Below, piece after piece: positions 18,381 to 30,500 of a DNA stretch of 64,000 nt; the first letter of the stretch is position 1, and every line of letters begins with the position of its first letter. Both the position numbers and the translations under genes were made by a program. The stretch lies in IMG/VR virus record IMGVR_UViG_3300032240_001667, positions 15,104-79,103 of that record; one strand, given 5' to 3'. The notes under the pieces are model-generated. The model saw nothing but the letters and a program-made list of their open reading frames with translations. It searched no databases and had not been told where the DNA came from. This DNA is from a virus.

Positions 18381-19541
18381 ATGTCGGAACAAAATACAGA
18401 AATCGTAAAGAACCAACCAGGTACCACAGGTACAGGGCACATTGGAGGAACTGAGCCAGGACTCTACCAGGGTCAAGGTGCATTTGCTTCAGGTTCTAAT
18501 GCAGGAGTAAACGTACCAGGTAACTACCTTAACGGTGCAGTACTCGGAAACATCCCTGCAGCAAATCTAGGTCTAACAGATGGACCAAACGCAGTAAATC
18601 CTTCAGGTGAGGCTGGAAGCGGAATTCTTCGCCCAGAGCAGGCACGTCGTTTTATTGACTACGTGTGGGATGCTACAATCCTCGCCCAAGATGGCCGTCG
18701 TGTTACTATGAGAGCCAATACAATGGAACTCGAAAAGGTAAACGTCGGAGAGCGTGTTATCCGTGCAGCAGCACAAGCACTCGGAGATTACACAAACGCA
18801 GGAGCAACATTTTCAAAGGTTGAATTGACTACCAAGAAGATTCGTCTTGATTGGGAAGTTTCTGCAGAAGCACTAGAAGATAATATCGAAGGTGCAGCAC
18901 TTGAAGATCACATCGTACGTTTAATGACAAATGCTTTCGGTAATGATATCGAAGATCTTGCTATTAACGGAGATGGAGCAACAGGTAACTTCTTGTCAAT
19001 CATGAATGGTTTCGTAAACCATGTTAAGACTGACGGAAATGCTCACGAAGCAGTAGTTACAGTTACAAATAGCAACTGGACAACTGATGCAATGCAGAAG
19101 ATCATTCTTGCAATGCCACGTAAGTATCGTGCACTTAAGAACAACCTAAAGTTCTATGCTGGTACAGATGCATTCCAAGGAATTGTTAAGAACAACGGTA
19201 CTCTTGCAGACGCAATTGCAGAGTCTTTTGGTCAATTAATTCCAGGAAGCACACAAGCAAACCGTCAACAATATCTTGACGGAACTGCACAGACATTCGG
19301 TGGAGCACGTACAACTCGTGTTCTCGGAATTGACGTACAAGAAGTTCCTTACTATCCTGCAGGTTATGTAGATCTTACATTCCCTCAGAACCGTGTATGG
19401 GGCTTCCAGCGTGACATCACTGTTAACCGTGAGTACAAGCCAAAGAAGGACACTGTAGAATATACAGTCTTCGTTCGCTTCGGTATTCAATGGGAAGAAC
19501 AAGATGCAATTGCTTGGGCCGATGCTGCAGCAGATGCATAA
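18381..19541 (+). CDS. Major capsid protein (HK97 fold)
   Basis: SD AGGAGG; GILRPEQARRFID, EALEDNIEG, EDLAINGD; follows the scaffold and is followed by a strong hairpin. Confidence 0.9.
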   Translation: MSEQNTEIVKNQPGTTGTGHIGGTEPGLYQGQGAFASGSNAGVNVPGNYLNGAVLGNIPAANLGLTDGPNAVNPSGEAGSGILRPEQARRFIDYVWDATILAQDGRRVTMRANTMELEKVNVGERVIRAAAQALGDYTNAGATFSKVELTTKKIRLDWEVSAEALEDNIEGAALEDHIVRLMTNAFGNDIEDLAINGDGATGNFLSIMNGFVNHVKTDGNAHEAVVTVTNSNWTTDAMQKIILAMPRKYRALKNNLKFYAGTDAFQGIVKNNGTLADAIAESFGQLIPGSTQANRQQYLDGTAQTFGGARTTRVLGIDVQEVPYYPAGYVDLTFPQNRVWGFQRDITVNREYKPKKDTVEYTVFVRFGIQWEEQDAIAWADAAADA

Positions 19542-19560
19542 TCTGTAAACAGTAAAATTT

Positions 19561-19594
19561 AGGGGGAGTAGGAGTTAATTCTCCTGCTCCCCTT
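19561..19594 (+). terminator. Stem-loop/terminator after major capsid gene
   Basis: GGGGAGTAGGAG-TTAATT-CTCCTGCTCCCC; weak U tract. Confidence 0.7.
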
Positions 19595-19631
19595 ATCACT
19601 TATAATGATATAATACTACAAGGAGGTAATT

Positions 19632-20102
19632 ATGGAAAATTTAAACAATCCAATTGAAGAAAAAAATGATGTTTTAATTGTTGAAGAAACTCCAGCAACA
19701 CCAGTTGTTGAAGAGGTACCAGTTGCAGAAACACCAGTAGTTGCAGCAACACCAGTTGTTGAAACAACACCAAATACAGAGTCTGCAGCAGAACCAACAG
19801 CAATCAAAACATCAGATTTTGGTCGTTCAGTTTCAGAAAAACAACAAGTAGGTACAGTAGCAAACGGTGCTATTGGAGTTGCTCCAGCAGCCCCAGTCGC
19901 CCCAAAAAAGCCTACGACCAATAAAACCGAGAAGAAAGAAACTGTAGCAATACATTCTACAAAAAATGTAACTTGGGATGGTGTTGGAAAAGTCTACACT
20001 GGCTACAATATTGTTGAAAAGAAAGCAGCAGATAAATGGCTTACTCGTTCACATGTACGCCTTGCCACACCTGAAGAAGTTGCTAAGGAATTTGGTAAGT
20101 AA
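19632..20102 (+). CDS. Hypothetical head-associated protein (Pro/Val/Glu-rich N-terminus)
   Basis: TGATATAAT at 19606-19614, SD AAGGAGGT; position after capsid. Confidence 0.6.
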   Translation: MENLNNPIEEKNDVLIVEETPATPVVEEVPVAETPVVAATPVVETTPNTESAAEPTAIKTSDFGRSVSEKQQVGTVANGAIGVAPAAPVAPKKPTTNKTEKKETVAIHSTKNVTWDGVGKVYTGYNIVEKKAADKWLTRSHVRLATPEEVAKEFGK

Positions 20103-20105
20103 AAC

Positions 20106-21014
20106 ATGGAAGTAATGAGGGTTCCACCATATCCTTTAATAACAAAATGGACATTGCCTACTCCAAATTATGAGTATATTGTCTATGTTGAAGATTTGGT
20201 GGACCACTCAGTAACTGAAACAAATATTTTTTCAGATGAGAACGGCATTCTTGTTTATCAATTGCCATTATCTCAAGTTGAGTATGATCGCAAGTTTTTT
20301 ATTAAGTTCTATGATACAACTCACACATATACAATTTATGAAGACAACTTAGATATTGTTCGACCTTATGTAAATATAAATGATTTAGCAACGACTGCAA
20401 CAGAACTTACAGAATATAAAATGCATGAATTGCTTGCAAGATCAATAATTGACACATTAATGAATGGTGGATTTTATAACTATAAACAACTAGTTCAATG
20501 TGTTGGTCAAGGAACTGATTATTTACCGTTATGGATTGATTGTTACAGGGTATTAAAAGTTTATGAAAACAATGTTTTAGTTTATGATGTTGAAACTCCA
20601 GAATCAAATGTTTATGACTACAGAATTACTTTAGATAACTCAGCAATCCAAAGAACTATTTCTGGAGAATATGATAGAAGCGAAATTGTTCCACCAAATC
20701 TTCCAGTTGGTCGTGGAGATCTTGGTTATTATGGTTATAGATCTGTTGCATTTCCAAACGGATATGACTATACTTTAATTTTAGATGCTGGTGATAAAAC
20801 AGTTCCAGCAGATGTAGAATATGCAACTAAACTTTTAATAGATGATATAAAATGTGGAAAACTAGACTATTTTACTAGATACGTAAAGTCATATCAAACT
20901 GATCAATATACAATTCAATTTGATAAATCTGGTTTAGTAGGAAGTGGAAATATGTTAGTCGATAAAATACTTGGAAAGTATTTAAATACAATGACTAAAC
21001 CTGGTATTTTATAA
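20106..21014 (+). CDS. Head-tail adaptor/connector
   Basis: ARSIID...VPADVEYATKLLIDD adaptor-like motif; synteny. Confidence 0.6.
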   Translation: MEVMRVPPYPLITKWTLPTPNYEYIVYVEDLVDHSVTETNIFSDENGILVYQLPLSQVEYDRKFFIKFYDTTHTYTIYEDNLDIVRPYVNINDLATTATELTEYKMHELLARSIIDTLMNGGFYNYKQLVQCVGQGTDYLPLWIDCYRVLKVYENNVLVYDVETPESNVYDYRITLDNSAIQRTISGEYDRSEIVPPNLPVGRGDLGYYGYRSVAFPNGYDYTLILDAGDKTVPADVEYATKLLIDDIKCGKLDYFTRYVKSYQTDQYTIQFDKSGLVGSGNMLVDKILGKYLNTMTKPGIL

Positions 21015-21466
21015 TGATTTGCGAACAACCAGACTTTACCTTTCCAATGCAAGCAGATATTTTTTATCCTATCGTTGATCAAGGTGTTTATGGAAATGTA
21101 AAGAAACAATGGGTTGTTGACAGAACCATCATTGGTAATTTTACTCCGCCGTCAAGAGTAAGTAAGGGCAGAGAAGAAATTACTCCAGATGTTAATATTA
21201 CACAAAAAGGAATTCTTATTGGAAGAGTAAAAAATGATATACGTATTTCTAGTAAAGAAAATGATAACTCAATAACAAACATAATAATTTCAAACATTAA
21301 AGATAGATATTCTAATGAAGTATATATAGAAACTTCTGGACCAAGAAAAGGTAAATCAACTATTTATGAAGTTGCTACACAAGAACCATATATGGGTCCT
21401 TTTGGAAAAATTGAATATTATAATATTGTTTTAAGAAGATCAGAAAATCAGGCGGTGGATGCATGA
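21014..21466 (+). CDS. Head closure (stopper) protein, putative
   Basis: Synteny, size, beta-rich. Confidence 0.5.
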   Translation: MICEQPDFTFPMQADIFYPIVDQGVYGNVKKQWVVDRTIIGNFTPPSRVSKGREEITPDVNITQKGILIGRVKNDIRISSKENDNSITNIIISNIKDRYSNEVYIETSGPRKGKSTIYEVATQEPYMGPFGKIEYYNIVLRRSENQAVDA

Positions 21467-22137
21467 TTTCTTTAAGTTTTGATGCTATTGAATTTAACAA
21501 AGAAATGAAAAATTTAATTGATTATTCTGTTGGATTTTTAGAGGGAATACCAGCAGGCAAAAAAGAATTATTTGATAACCTTGGACCATCAATTGCAGAG
21601 TATGCTTCTGAATTTATTGACTCTAATGCAAGGGTAGATCCACAAACACTTCATCATATTTATGAATGGTATCATGTTGGAGATGTAGATAATAGACTAT
21701 TTCAAATTACCTATCATGTAACTAATATAGGTTTATCTTTTAATTCTAACTTTTCTCAATCAAAAAGCATAAAAATGGGATCTACGGTTCCTTTCTATGA
21801 TAAAGCACAAATAATGGAGCAAGGTTCTTCAGTAATAATAAATCCAGTTAAATCAGATGTATTAAGGTTTGAAGTTGGAAATGAAGTTGTTTATACAAGA
21901 AAACCAGTTATAGTTTCAAATCCAGGTGGAAATACAAAAGGACAATTTGCACAAGTCTTTGATACATTTTTTAGCAAATATTTTACACAAGCATTTATGA
22001 GATCAAGTGGGTTAAATAAATATTTTAATAACCCAACTGTTTACAAAGAAAATTTAAAGGCAGGTTTATCTACAGGAAAGTCTAAAGGTTATTCTACTGG
22101 ATACAACTGGGTAGCAAACGCTGGGAAGTTGATATAA
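21463..22137 (+). CDS. Neck/tail completion protein, putative
   Basis: Synteny; KAQIMEQG resembles the HK97-gp10-like E.G motif. Confidence 0.45.
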   Translation: MISLSFDAIEFNKEMKNLIDYSVGFLEGIPAGKKELFDNLGPSIAEYASEFIDSNARVDPQTLHHIYEWYHVGDVDNRLFQITYHVTNIGLSFNSNFSQSKSIKMGSTVPFYDKAQIMEQGSSVIINPVKSDVLRFEVGNEVVYTRKPVIVSNPGGNTKGQFAQVFDTFFSKYFTQAFMRSSGLNKYFNNPTVYKENLKAGLSTGKSKGYSTGYNWVANAGKLI

Positions 22138-22655
22138 TGTCAGAGTCTTTATTTAATACGCCAATGCTGTGGATCAACACATATTTAAAACAAAAGTTAG
22201 AATCAGATTTAGGATTTGATGCAATTCCGTTTTTTCCAGCAACTCCTTCTACCTTGGATGAATTAACTCAATTATTTCCAGATTCACAAATAATGTGTAC
22301 TTGGGATAGAATGTTTAGAATGAGATCTAGACCATTTCCACATATAAAATCTGAACAAGCAATTTATTACTTTTATGCAAAAGGCGATGACCCAATTTTA
22401 AGAATGATTAGATTGCAAGAAAATGTTTTGCGTTTGTTAGATCGTGAAGATGAATCGGCAGAAGAGTTAAATAATTGGGCAAAAGGTAGAGTTATTGATG
22501 GAATGACCTGTCAATTTTATTTTCATAGATTTAGGGTATTTCAACTTCAAGAGGTAAAAGATATTATTAATTTTGGAACTGCAAGAACTTACGCTGGAAA
22601 TAAAGTAATTATTGATTTTGACTATCATCAATCTAATGCCATAGTAAATGGTTAG
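22137..22655 (+). CDS. Tail terminator protein, putative
   Basis: Immediately upstream of the tail tube; size fits. Confidence 0.45.
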   Translation: MSESLFNTPMLWINTYLKQKLESDLGFDAIPFFPATPSTLDELTQLFPDSQIMCTWDRMFRMRSRPFPHIKSEQAIYYFYAKGDDPILRMIRLQENVLRLLDREDESAEELNNWAKGRVIDGMTCQFYFHRFRVFQLQEVKDIINFGTARTYAGNKVIIDFDYHQSNAIVNG

Positions 22656-22754
22656 TCAGCATTTTACCATAAAAAATAACTAAAAAGGCTGTTATACTTA
22701 TGATTGAGGAAACACGCCTACAATTTCAATACAAAGAAAAAAGAGGTGAAATAT

Positions 22755-23378
22755 ATGGCATATACACGAGGTAGTAACGCTAACATTATCGTTGGTGCAG
22801 CAGCCCTCTTCACATACGAAGGTGGCACACTATCAGATACAGATCTTCCAGCATACGTTTCAGGAACATCCTTCAAGGATACCCTAACAGCAGATGCTGA
22901 CTATCGCAATGTCGGTTATACAACTAATGGTTTGGAAATAGATTTCCAGCCAACATTTGGTGAAGTAACCGTCGATCAGGTATTAGACGTAGCAAAGTTG
23001 TTTAAGCAAGGCATGAAGGTCGAACTTAAGACAACATTCGTTGAGTCAACACTTGAAAATCTCCTGTTTTCATTAGCAGGTAAGAGTTCAGATCTATCAA
23101 TAATTGCTAACAACCCTACACTTAGACTTTCTGCTGGAGACATTGGCGAATGCCCAGTCGAACGTGGATTAGTTGCAGTTGGTCCAGGAACTGGCGATTG
23201 TGCAGTAGGTTCAGAATTAGAAAGAGTTTATGTCGCATACCGTGCGTTGTCAATTAACAACGTTCAGGTAATGGCAAAGCGTGATGCAGCAACAGAGTTT
23301 GCTGTAACATTTAGACTTCTTCCAAATGACCATGCTTCATATGGTAAGATCGTAGATCGTACCGTTCCAGCAATGTAA
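22755..23378 (+). CDS. Major tail tube protein
   Basis: SD GAGGTG; NIIVGAAALF, VGYTTNGLE, VDQVLD, FAVTFRLLP; followed by a terminator. Confidence 0.82.
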   Translation: MAYTRGSNANIIVGAAALFTYEGGTLSDTDLPAYVSGTSFKDTLTADADYRNVGYTTNGLEIDFQPTFGEVTVDQVLDVAKLFKQGMKVELKTTFVESTLENLLFSLAGKSSDLSIIANNPTLRLSAGDIGECPVERGLVAVGPGTGDCAVGSELERVYVAYRALSINNVQVMAKRDAATEFAVTFRLLPNDHASYGKIVDRTVPAM

Positions 23379-23392
23379 TAAAACTTAATATG

Positions 23393-23430
23393 AGAAGCCC
23401 AATCCTTTAGGGGATTGGGTTTTTCTTTTT
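23393..23430 (+). terminator. Rho-independent terminator after tail tube
   Basis: AAGCCCAATCC-loop-GGATTGGGTTT followed by TTCTTTTT. Confidence 0.8.
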
Positions 23431-23444
23431 GGTATACTTATATA

Positions 23445-24128
23445 ATGGCAACAGAAATATATGAAACAAAAACTATAAAACTAATTGATGGAACAGAATT
23501 AGAAATTTCACCATTAAAAATAAAGTATCTTAGACTTTTTATGGAAAAGTTTAAAAATGTTAAAATAGCAAAAGATGACTATGAAGCCATATCTGCTCTT
23601 GCTGAATGTGCAAGGGTATGTATGAAACAGTTTAAAACAGAACTATCAGTATCAATTGAGGCATTAGAAGATGCTATAGATCTTAAAACTATTTATGATA
23701 TTTTAGATATAGCAACAGGAATTAAAGTTAATGAAAAATCAGAAGAATCAGTAAAGAAACAGGCAGTTGATAGTGGATCTTCATGGGAAGATTTAGATCT
23801 AGTTAAATTAGAATCAGAAGCATTTTTATTGGGAATATGGAAAGACTATGATGAACTAGAAAGATCTTTATGTATGCAAGAACTTACAGCGGTATTAAAT
23901 ATAAAAAGAGAAGAAGAGTACAATAATAAAAAGTTTCTTGCAGCAATGCAAGGAGTAGATTTAGATGAAAACAAAAAAGAAAATAATGCTTGGGAACAAA
24001 TGAAAGCCAGAGTTTTTAGCGGTGGACAAACAGATGATCCAAATGATATAGTTGCACTACAAGGACAAAATGCAGTTAATGCTGGATTTGGCATTGGACT
24101 AGGCTTAACATATGAAAAAGTAGATTAA
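23445..24128 (+). CDS. Tail assembly chaperone, long form (G-T-like)
   Basis: Between tail tube and tape measure; N-terminal ~100 aa paralogous to 24181-24498, plus a C-terminal extension. Confidence 0.7.
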   Translation: MATEIYETKTIKLIDGTELEISPLKIKYLRLFMEKFKNVKIAKDDYEAISALAECARVCMKQFKTELSVSIEALEDAIDLKTIYDILDIATGIKVNEKSEESVKKQAVDSGSSWEDLDLVKLESEAFLLGIWKDYDELERSLCMQELTAVLNIKREEEYNNKKFLAAMQGVDLDENKKENNAWEQMKARVFSGGQTDDPNDIVALQGQNAVNAGFGIGLGLTYEKVD

Positions 24129-24180
24129 AAAATAAGCCTGTTATGGTATAATTAACTAACAAAACCTATTGGAGGAAATA

Positions 24181-24498
24181 ATGTCAGAAAAGACAAAGGT
24201 AAAAAGCATCACATTATTGGACGGAACTTCTGTTGAAGTTAAGCCATTAAAGATTTCACTACTAAAGCCATTTATGAAAAGATTTCAAGATTTGGCATCA
24301 GTAGCAGAAAACAATGATGCATCTATGGATGTTCTTTTAGATTGTGTAGAAATTGCATTTAAACAATACAAGCCAGAACTTGCAGAATCTCGTGAAGCAC
24401 TAGAAGACAACATTGATTTGCCAACAGTTTATGAAGTCATTGACGCAGCATCAGGTATTCAACTTACTGATACTTCTTCGTTATTAACAACAAGATAA
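24181..24498 (+). CDS. Tail assembly chaperone, short form (G-like)
   Basis: SD GGAGG; ITLLDGTSVEVKPLKISLLKPFMKRF...LEDNIDLPTVYEVIDAASGI. Confidence 0.7.
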   Translation: MSEKTKVKSITLLDGTSVEVKPLKISLLKPFMKRFQDLASVAENNDASMDVLLDCVEIAFKQYKPELAESREALEDNIDLPTVYEVIDAASGIQLTDTSSLLTTR

Positions 24499-24523
24499 AA
24501 AAGAAAATGGGGTGTTATGAAAA

Positions 24524-27500
24524 GTGTCAGATGTAAATGCTAATATTGGTATACATTTTGATACTGCCAACGCCCTTGCACAATTAAGACAGTTACAGGC
24601 TGGTCTTAGTAAGTTTAATCAATCCCTTACAGAGGGAAACATTGCTGCTGCAAATGCACAAAAAGGAATAAATGCACAACTAGTTCAGTCTATAAATTCT
24701 ACTGGACAGTTTGTAGCATCACAAAAATCAATTGCATCAAGTACTGCCTCTTTTACTGATGCACTTGAAAAAAATAAACTTAGCATGGGGCAATACTTTA
24801 GGTATACCTCTGCAGCAGCAACACTTAATAGCAATTCTCTTCAAGGCTTTTTTACAAAAGAAAAAGAAATTTTAACTCGTGCAAGTAAAGATAGAGTTAA
24901 AGCATTACAAAGTCAATACATTCAATTAAATAATGCAAATGGTGAATTTGTAAAAGTATTACAAGTTATGCCAAAACATCTTGCAACCGTAAATGGTCAA
25001 TATGCAGACTATGCAACAAGAGTTCAGATGGCTGCACAACGCCAACAAATGCTTAATCAATTAATTCAACAAGGATCAACACAACTTCTTAATTTTGGTA
25101 AAAATACACAATGGGCTGGAAGACAGTTGATGGTTGGTTTGACTGTTCCACTTACAATCCTTGGCTCTACTGCAGCAAAAACATTTAGGGACATGGAACA
25201 GGCAACTGTAGATTTCCAAAGAGTTTACGGAGATATGTTTACCAGCAATGGTGCAACAGATAAAGCAGTTGCAGACATTAGAGCACTAGGAAAAGAATTT
25301 ACAAAATTTGGTGTCGCAGCAACAGATACAATGAAGTTAGCAGCACAAGTTGCTGCAATGGGATTAACTGGTAGTGCATTAAATGCACAAGTTACAGCAG
25401 CAACAAAACTTTCTGTTCTTGGCCAAGTGTCACAACAAGATGCTCTTAACACAACTATTTCTTTGCAAAATGCATTCGGTATATCATCTGACGAACTTGC
25501 TAAAAAAATTGATTATCTAAATGCTGTAGAAAACCAAACAATTTTATCTATTCAAGATATGACTACTGCAATTCCAAAAGCAGCACCAGTTGTAAAACAA
25601 CTTGGTGGAAATGTTGAAGATTTGGCATTCTTCCTTACCGCAATGCGTGAAGGTGGAATTAATGCATCTGAAGGTGCTAACGCCTTAAAGTCATCTCTTG
25701 CATCTATAATTAATCCAAGCAAAAAAGCAACAGAGTTATTGTCGTCATTTGGAATTAGCATAAAGGGAATTGTTGATGCTAATGCTGGAAATCTCAAGGG
25801 AACTGTAATTGGACTTGCAAAAGCCTTAGATACACTAGCACCACTTGATAGAGCAAGAGCAATTGAAACAATGTTTGGTAAATTCCAGTTTGCTCGTATT
25901 TCTACATTACTTCAAAATATTACTAAATCTGGATCACAAGCAGCAACAGCATTAAGTCTTGCAGGTGCTTCAACTGCGGAACTTGCAATTTTATCTCAAA
26001 GAGAAATGAGCAAAGTAGAAAATGCAGTAGGAGTAAAATTTCAAAAGTCAATTGAAAATATTAAAATTCAATTAATGCCAATTGGAAAAGCATTTTTACA
26101 AGCAGTTACACCAGTTGTACAATTTGTTGGAAAAATATTGGAAAAGTTTAATAACCTTAGTGACGGTACTAAAAAGTTTGTTATTGGAACCATTGCAGTT
26201 CTTGGTGGAATAGCACCAGTTGTTTTGATGACAGTTGGTTTGATTGCAAACGGTGCAGCAAACCTTATGAAATTTTTTGGAATGCTTCGTGGAAGCATGG
26301 CAAAGTTAAATGGTCAAAATTCTGTATTGGGTGGCGGTTTTGATTATTTAACACAAGCAGAAATTGAAAACCTTGCACAATCACAAGCATTACATACATC
26401 ACATAAAGAATTAATATCAACATTTAATGTTGAAGCAGAATCTTTAAACCTTTTAGCAACAGCGTATGCAAATGCTGCATCTCAGGCAAGATCTCTTGCA
26501 TCTGGATCACCAGGATTATTTAATGCAAAGCCTGGTGCAGCGGGTGCAGTTTCAAACTTGCCAAGAACTAAATTTGCAAATGGAGGCGTTGTTCCTGGTA
26601 GTGGAAACGAAGATACTGTTCCTGCAATGCTTACACCTGGAGAAGTTGTCCTTACAAAAGATACAGTTAATAATAACTCAGAACTTGTTTCAGCATTAAT
26701 AAATGGAAAAATTAAAAAATATAGTCAGGGTCCAGGGAAAAAAACAATTGATGGAAGGCAGTCTCTTGCAGTAAGAGCGGCAACCATTCAAAGTAGCCTA
26801 CAAATTCCTGGTGCAGAGGGATGGAATGGAAGAATTGAATCACTTGTTGCAGGAGTTCTTGCCGATGGAGAAAAGGCAACACAAAGAATTGTTCAATTTG
26901 CAAAAGACTCTGGTAGAGATATTTCAGCAAGCCAACTAACTGCTTTAGAAGAAGAGCGTCATAAAATGCTTGATGCATTAGAGTCAGGTGCATCAGAAAT
27001 TCTTAATGATAAAGGCACTGAAAAAGTTAAAAAGGCTAGTGCTAGTGTTGCTAAAAATTGGCTTAAACAAAAGGCTATTGCAGAAGGTGTTCCAGTTGAA
27101 GGAAATACAAATTTATTTAATGCTTTACTTCCACAGGGTAGGCAATCAGAAAATCCACAAGAAGGTCATCAAACATTAGCAAAAATTGTTCCATTAGATC
27201 AGGTTGCTAAAGATATAAACATAGTTAAAGATGCTGCAGTAAAAGATTTAAATACAACTGTCGATGCACTTAAGGAGGCTGGTTATGGAAAACCAGGTGG
27301 ACCTGCAATGCCGTCCACAAGAGTAGTTAGCCTTACAACCGCAGCAGAAACGGGTTCTGTAAATAGGCAACTTGCTGAAACCACACCAGAAGGACAGCAA
27401 GCATATTTAGCAGATTACTCATTAAAGACAGGGAAACAAACATCATCTATGGCAGTGCCATATTTAGAAGATGTTAAAACCCTCGGTCCAGAAAGATGGA

Positions 27501-30500
27501 AAAATGTAACAAAGGCTATGGGTATTAAATTTGATACTGTAGCACAAGATTTTAAAAAGTTTGATGATGACTATGTTAGAAATGTTGAAGATTGGATTTC
27601 TAAAAATCCTGGTGGATTTTTTAATGATTCTGTTAAAGAAGAAATTTTGTCTGCAACTCGTGCCAATGCTCCAAAATCTGTTCAAACAATATTAAATGCC
27701 TCAGATCAAATTTTTGTTGCAATAAGAACATCCCTTGATGAAGTTACAAGAAAAATTATTACCGATTTTGCTAATAAAAATGGTTTAGATGTTCCCTCTA
27801 TTGCAAGAGAAGGAGATAACAATCATGCTCGTTTAGGAAAAATTGAAGCAAGAACAGTTGGTTCTGCAGTAGGAAGCGTTGCTGGTACAACTCCATCTGA
27901 AATTAAAAAGAATACAAAGGCTGAAGTAGAAGCAATTATTTCAGCAAAGAAAGCAGGAGCAGAATTAGGATCGGCAGCAACAGATGGAATAAGAGGTCCA
28001 TCAGGAACCGATGCAAAATCACCATCTAAAAAGGGCATCAATGCAGGTAAGGAAGTTGGCGATGGCCTTATTGTTGGAATGCAAGAAAAAGAACTTGAAG
28101 TTGCATCTCAAGCAGGCAAACTTGGAAAATCTGCAATACCCACAATGCAAGGCGATAAGGTAGATGTTGGTAATAAAGCATTCTATGATGAAATGAATAA
28201 TCCAGCAGATCGTGAAGAAAGGCAAGTCTTTAAATCAGAAGATAGACAGAGAAGAAAACTTGCAACTATAAGCAGTTCAAAACTATCAAAAATAGTTGAA
28301 CAACATACAAAAGATCTTGCAAACTCTACAGAGTCTTCTGTTTTGACTCAACAAGAAATTAATAAGAATCTTAAAGAAAGTGCAATCGCTACAGCAAAAG
28401 CAAAAATAGCAGATCAAAAACTTGCATTGCAAAAAGAAGAGGCTGCATTAATTCCAAATGGATCACAGACTGGAAACATACCATCTACCTATGTAAGTAA
28501 TTCTGAAGCACAAGATATTGCAGCAGATATTGCAAGAGACAAAAATGGTCAAATTATTATGGATCCTCAAACCAATTCTCCATATACTAAAAAACAACTT
28601 AATGAAATTAAGCGGGGAATGCGTAGAGAAAGGGTTGGACAATTTTCTGGTAAAGCAGCAGGAGCATTAGGTGTTGCTACTATGGTATCTGGTGCAATGG
28701 GAGCACCAGGACAAGTTACTGCTGGACTTGGAATTGCATCCACAGTAGCCTCATTAGCCCCAGCACTTGCAGGTATGGGACCTGTAGGAATAGCAGTAAC
28801 ATCAATAGCAGCAGCAGGTGCAGCAGCATTATATCTTAAAAATAAATTTGATGAAATGGTATCTGCACAAGTAAAATATGTTGAGTCTGTTTCTGCAACA
28901 ACAGAAAAAATGAAAAAAATTGGCGAAATAACTGGAAAGGTTGGAGCATCTGAACTTTATACAAAGTTAAGAGCAGAAGGGTCTTCAAACGCCTACACAT
29001 CTTCTTTTGAAAGAGGAAAGCAGCAATTTGGAACAGACTTTTTATCATCAGATGTAGGAAAAGCAATAAATAAAGGTTTTGTTTCAGATCTTGCAGTATC
29101 TGGTTCAAAAAAAGCAGCAGAAACTTTAGCATTACAACTTTCAACATATATTTCTGACGGAGTTCTTAGTGCTGAACAAGCATATAGTGTTGCTAGACAA
29201 ATCGGATTAAATCTTGGAAACATGACACTTGGAACACAAATTCAAGGAAAAATTACAGAACTTGTTGGTCCAGATGGAAAAGATATTTTAAATAATCCAT
29301 TAGATGTTAGAGTAAGAATAATTCAAGAAAAACAACAAAATAATGCTGTTACAGAACAATCTGCATTAAAGAGTAAAAATACAAGAACTTGGTGGCAGTA
29401 CATACTTGGTCTATCAAATCAAGAGCAAGCACAACAGTTTGCAGCATTAAATGCATCTCAATCACAAACACTAGTTACAATTCAGGCACAAAGAGATGCA
29501 CAAAATAAAATGTATGATGATCAAGTCAGAGCACTTGAAGCACAAAAGGCTGCAACAACAGATAAAGCAAAACAACTTGAAATAGATAATAAAATTAAAA
29601 CTGCAAGAAAACAACAAGCAGATGATGATGCTGTTTTTGCAAAAAAATCTGCAGAGCAAAGAAAGAAAATTTTAAAAGATTATAATTTAGCATTAAAAGA
29701 AGATAATAAAGGTCGTGAATGGGCAGAAATTACAGTAAATGCAAATGCAGTATTGCAAGCATCTGCTGCTTCTGTAAAGGCAAAATTTACTGGAGATTCT
29801 GCCCCTATTGCAAATGCTCTTTTAGCAAAAACAAAAGACTTAAAATCACAAGCAATTGAGTTGCAAATAAATACTATGGTTGCTGGAGGAGATTTAGATC
29901 CAACATCAGCAATTGCAATTTTGGATATGTTTGGTAAAGATGAAAAGGGTATGATGAAAACCCTTACAACTGCATTAGAATTACATGACCCAGGTAAAGT
30001 ACAAGAATTAATTACATTAACACAGTCACTTGGTGGAAAACTTGGATTAAAAATATTAGTAGATCTTGGTGCAGAAAAAGATCCTGTAAAATTTGCAAAT
30101 GAAATGAATACTTTGCAACTACTTTCTCAATTAGATAGCAAAGAAATTAATATAAAAGTATTTTTACAAAAATCAGGAAACCTAGAAAGCCTTAGTTCAT
30201 TATTAGATAAAATTGATCAAAAAGTTGGAAAAAATGGAATTACCCTCAAAGTTCTTCAAGATGTTCAAAAGGTTGATCCAAATATGCCTGACCTTAGTGG
30301 GCTTATTGCTGATTGGCAAAAGTATAAAGACCAACCAGCATCTATTCAAAAATCTGTTTTATTAACTTATACCTCTATTTATAAAACAATTGGCACAGAT
30401 GAAATTGCTAAATATAGAGCAGCACATCCAGAAATGGGTGATGCGAGTGATGCTGAAATACAAGGTAAAATTGCTGCTGATCTTGTTCCAAATAAAATAA

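Noticed and set aside
23445-24498. Programmed -1 frameshift between the chaperone genes
   Set aside because: The genes are separated by a 52-nt spacer with its own promoter and SD, and the second repeats the N-terminal domain rather than continuing the first.
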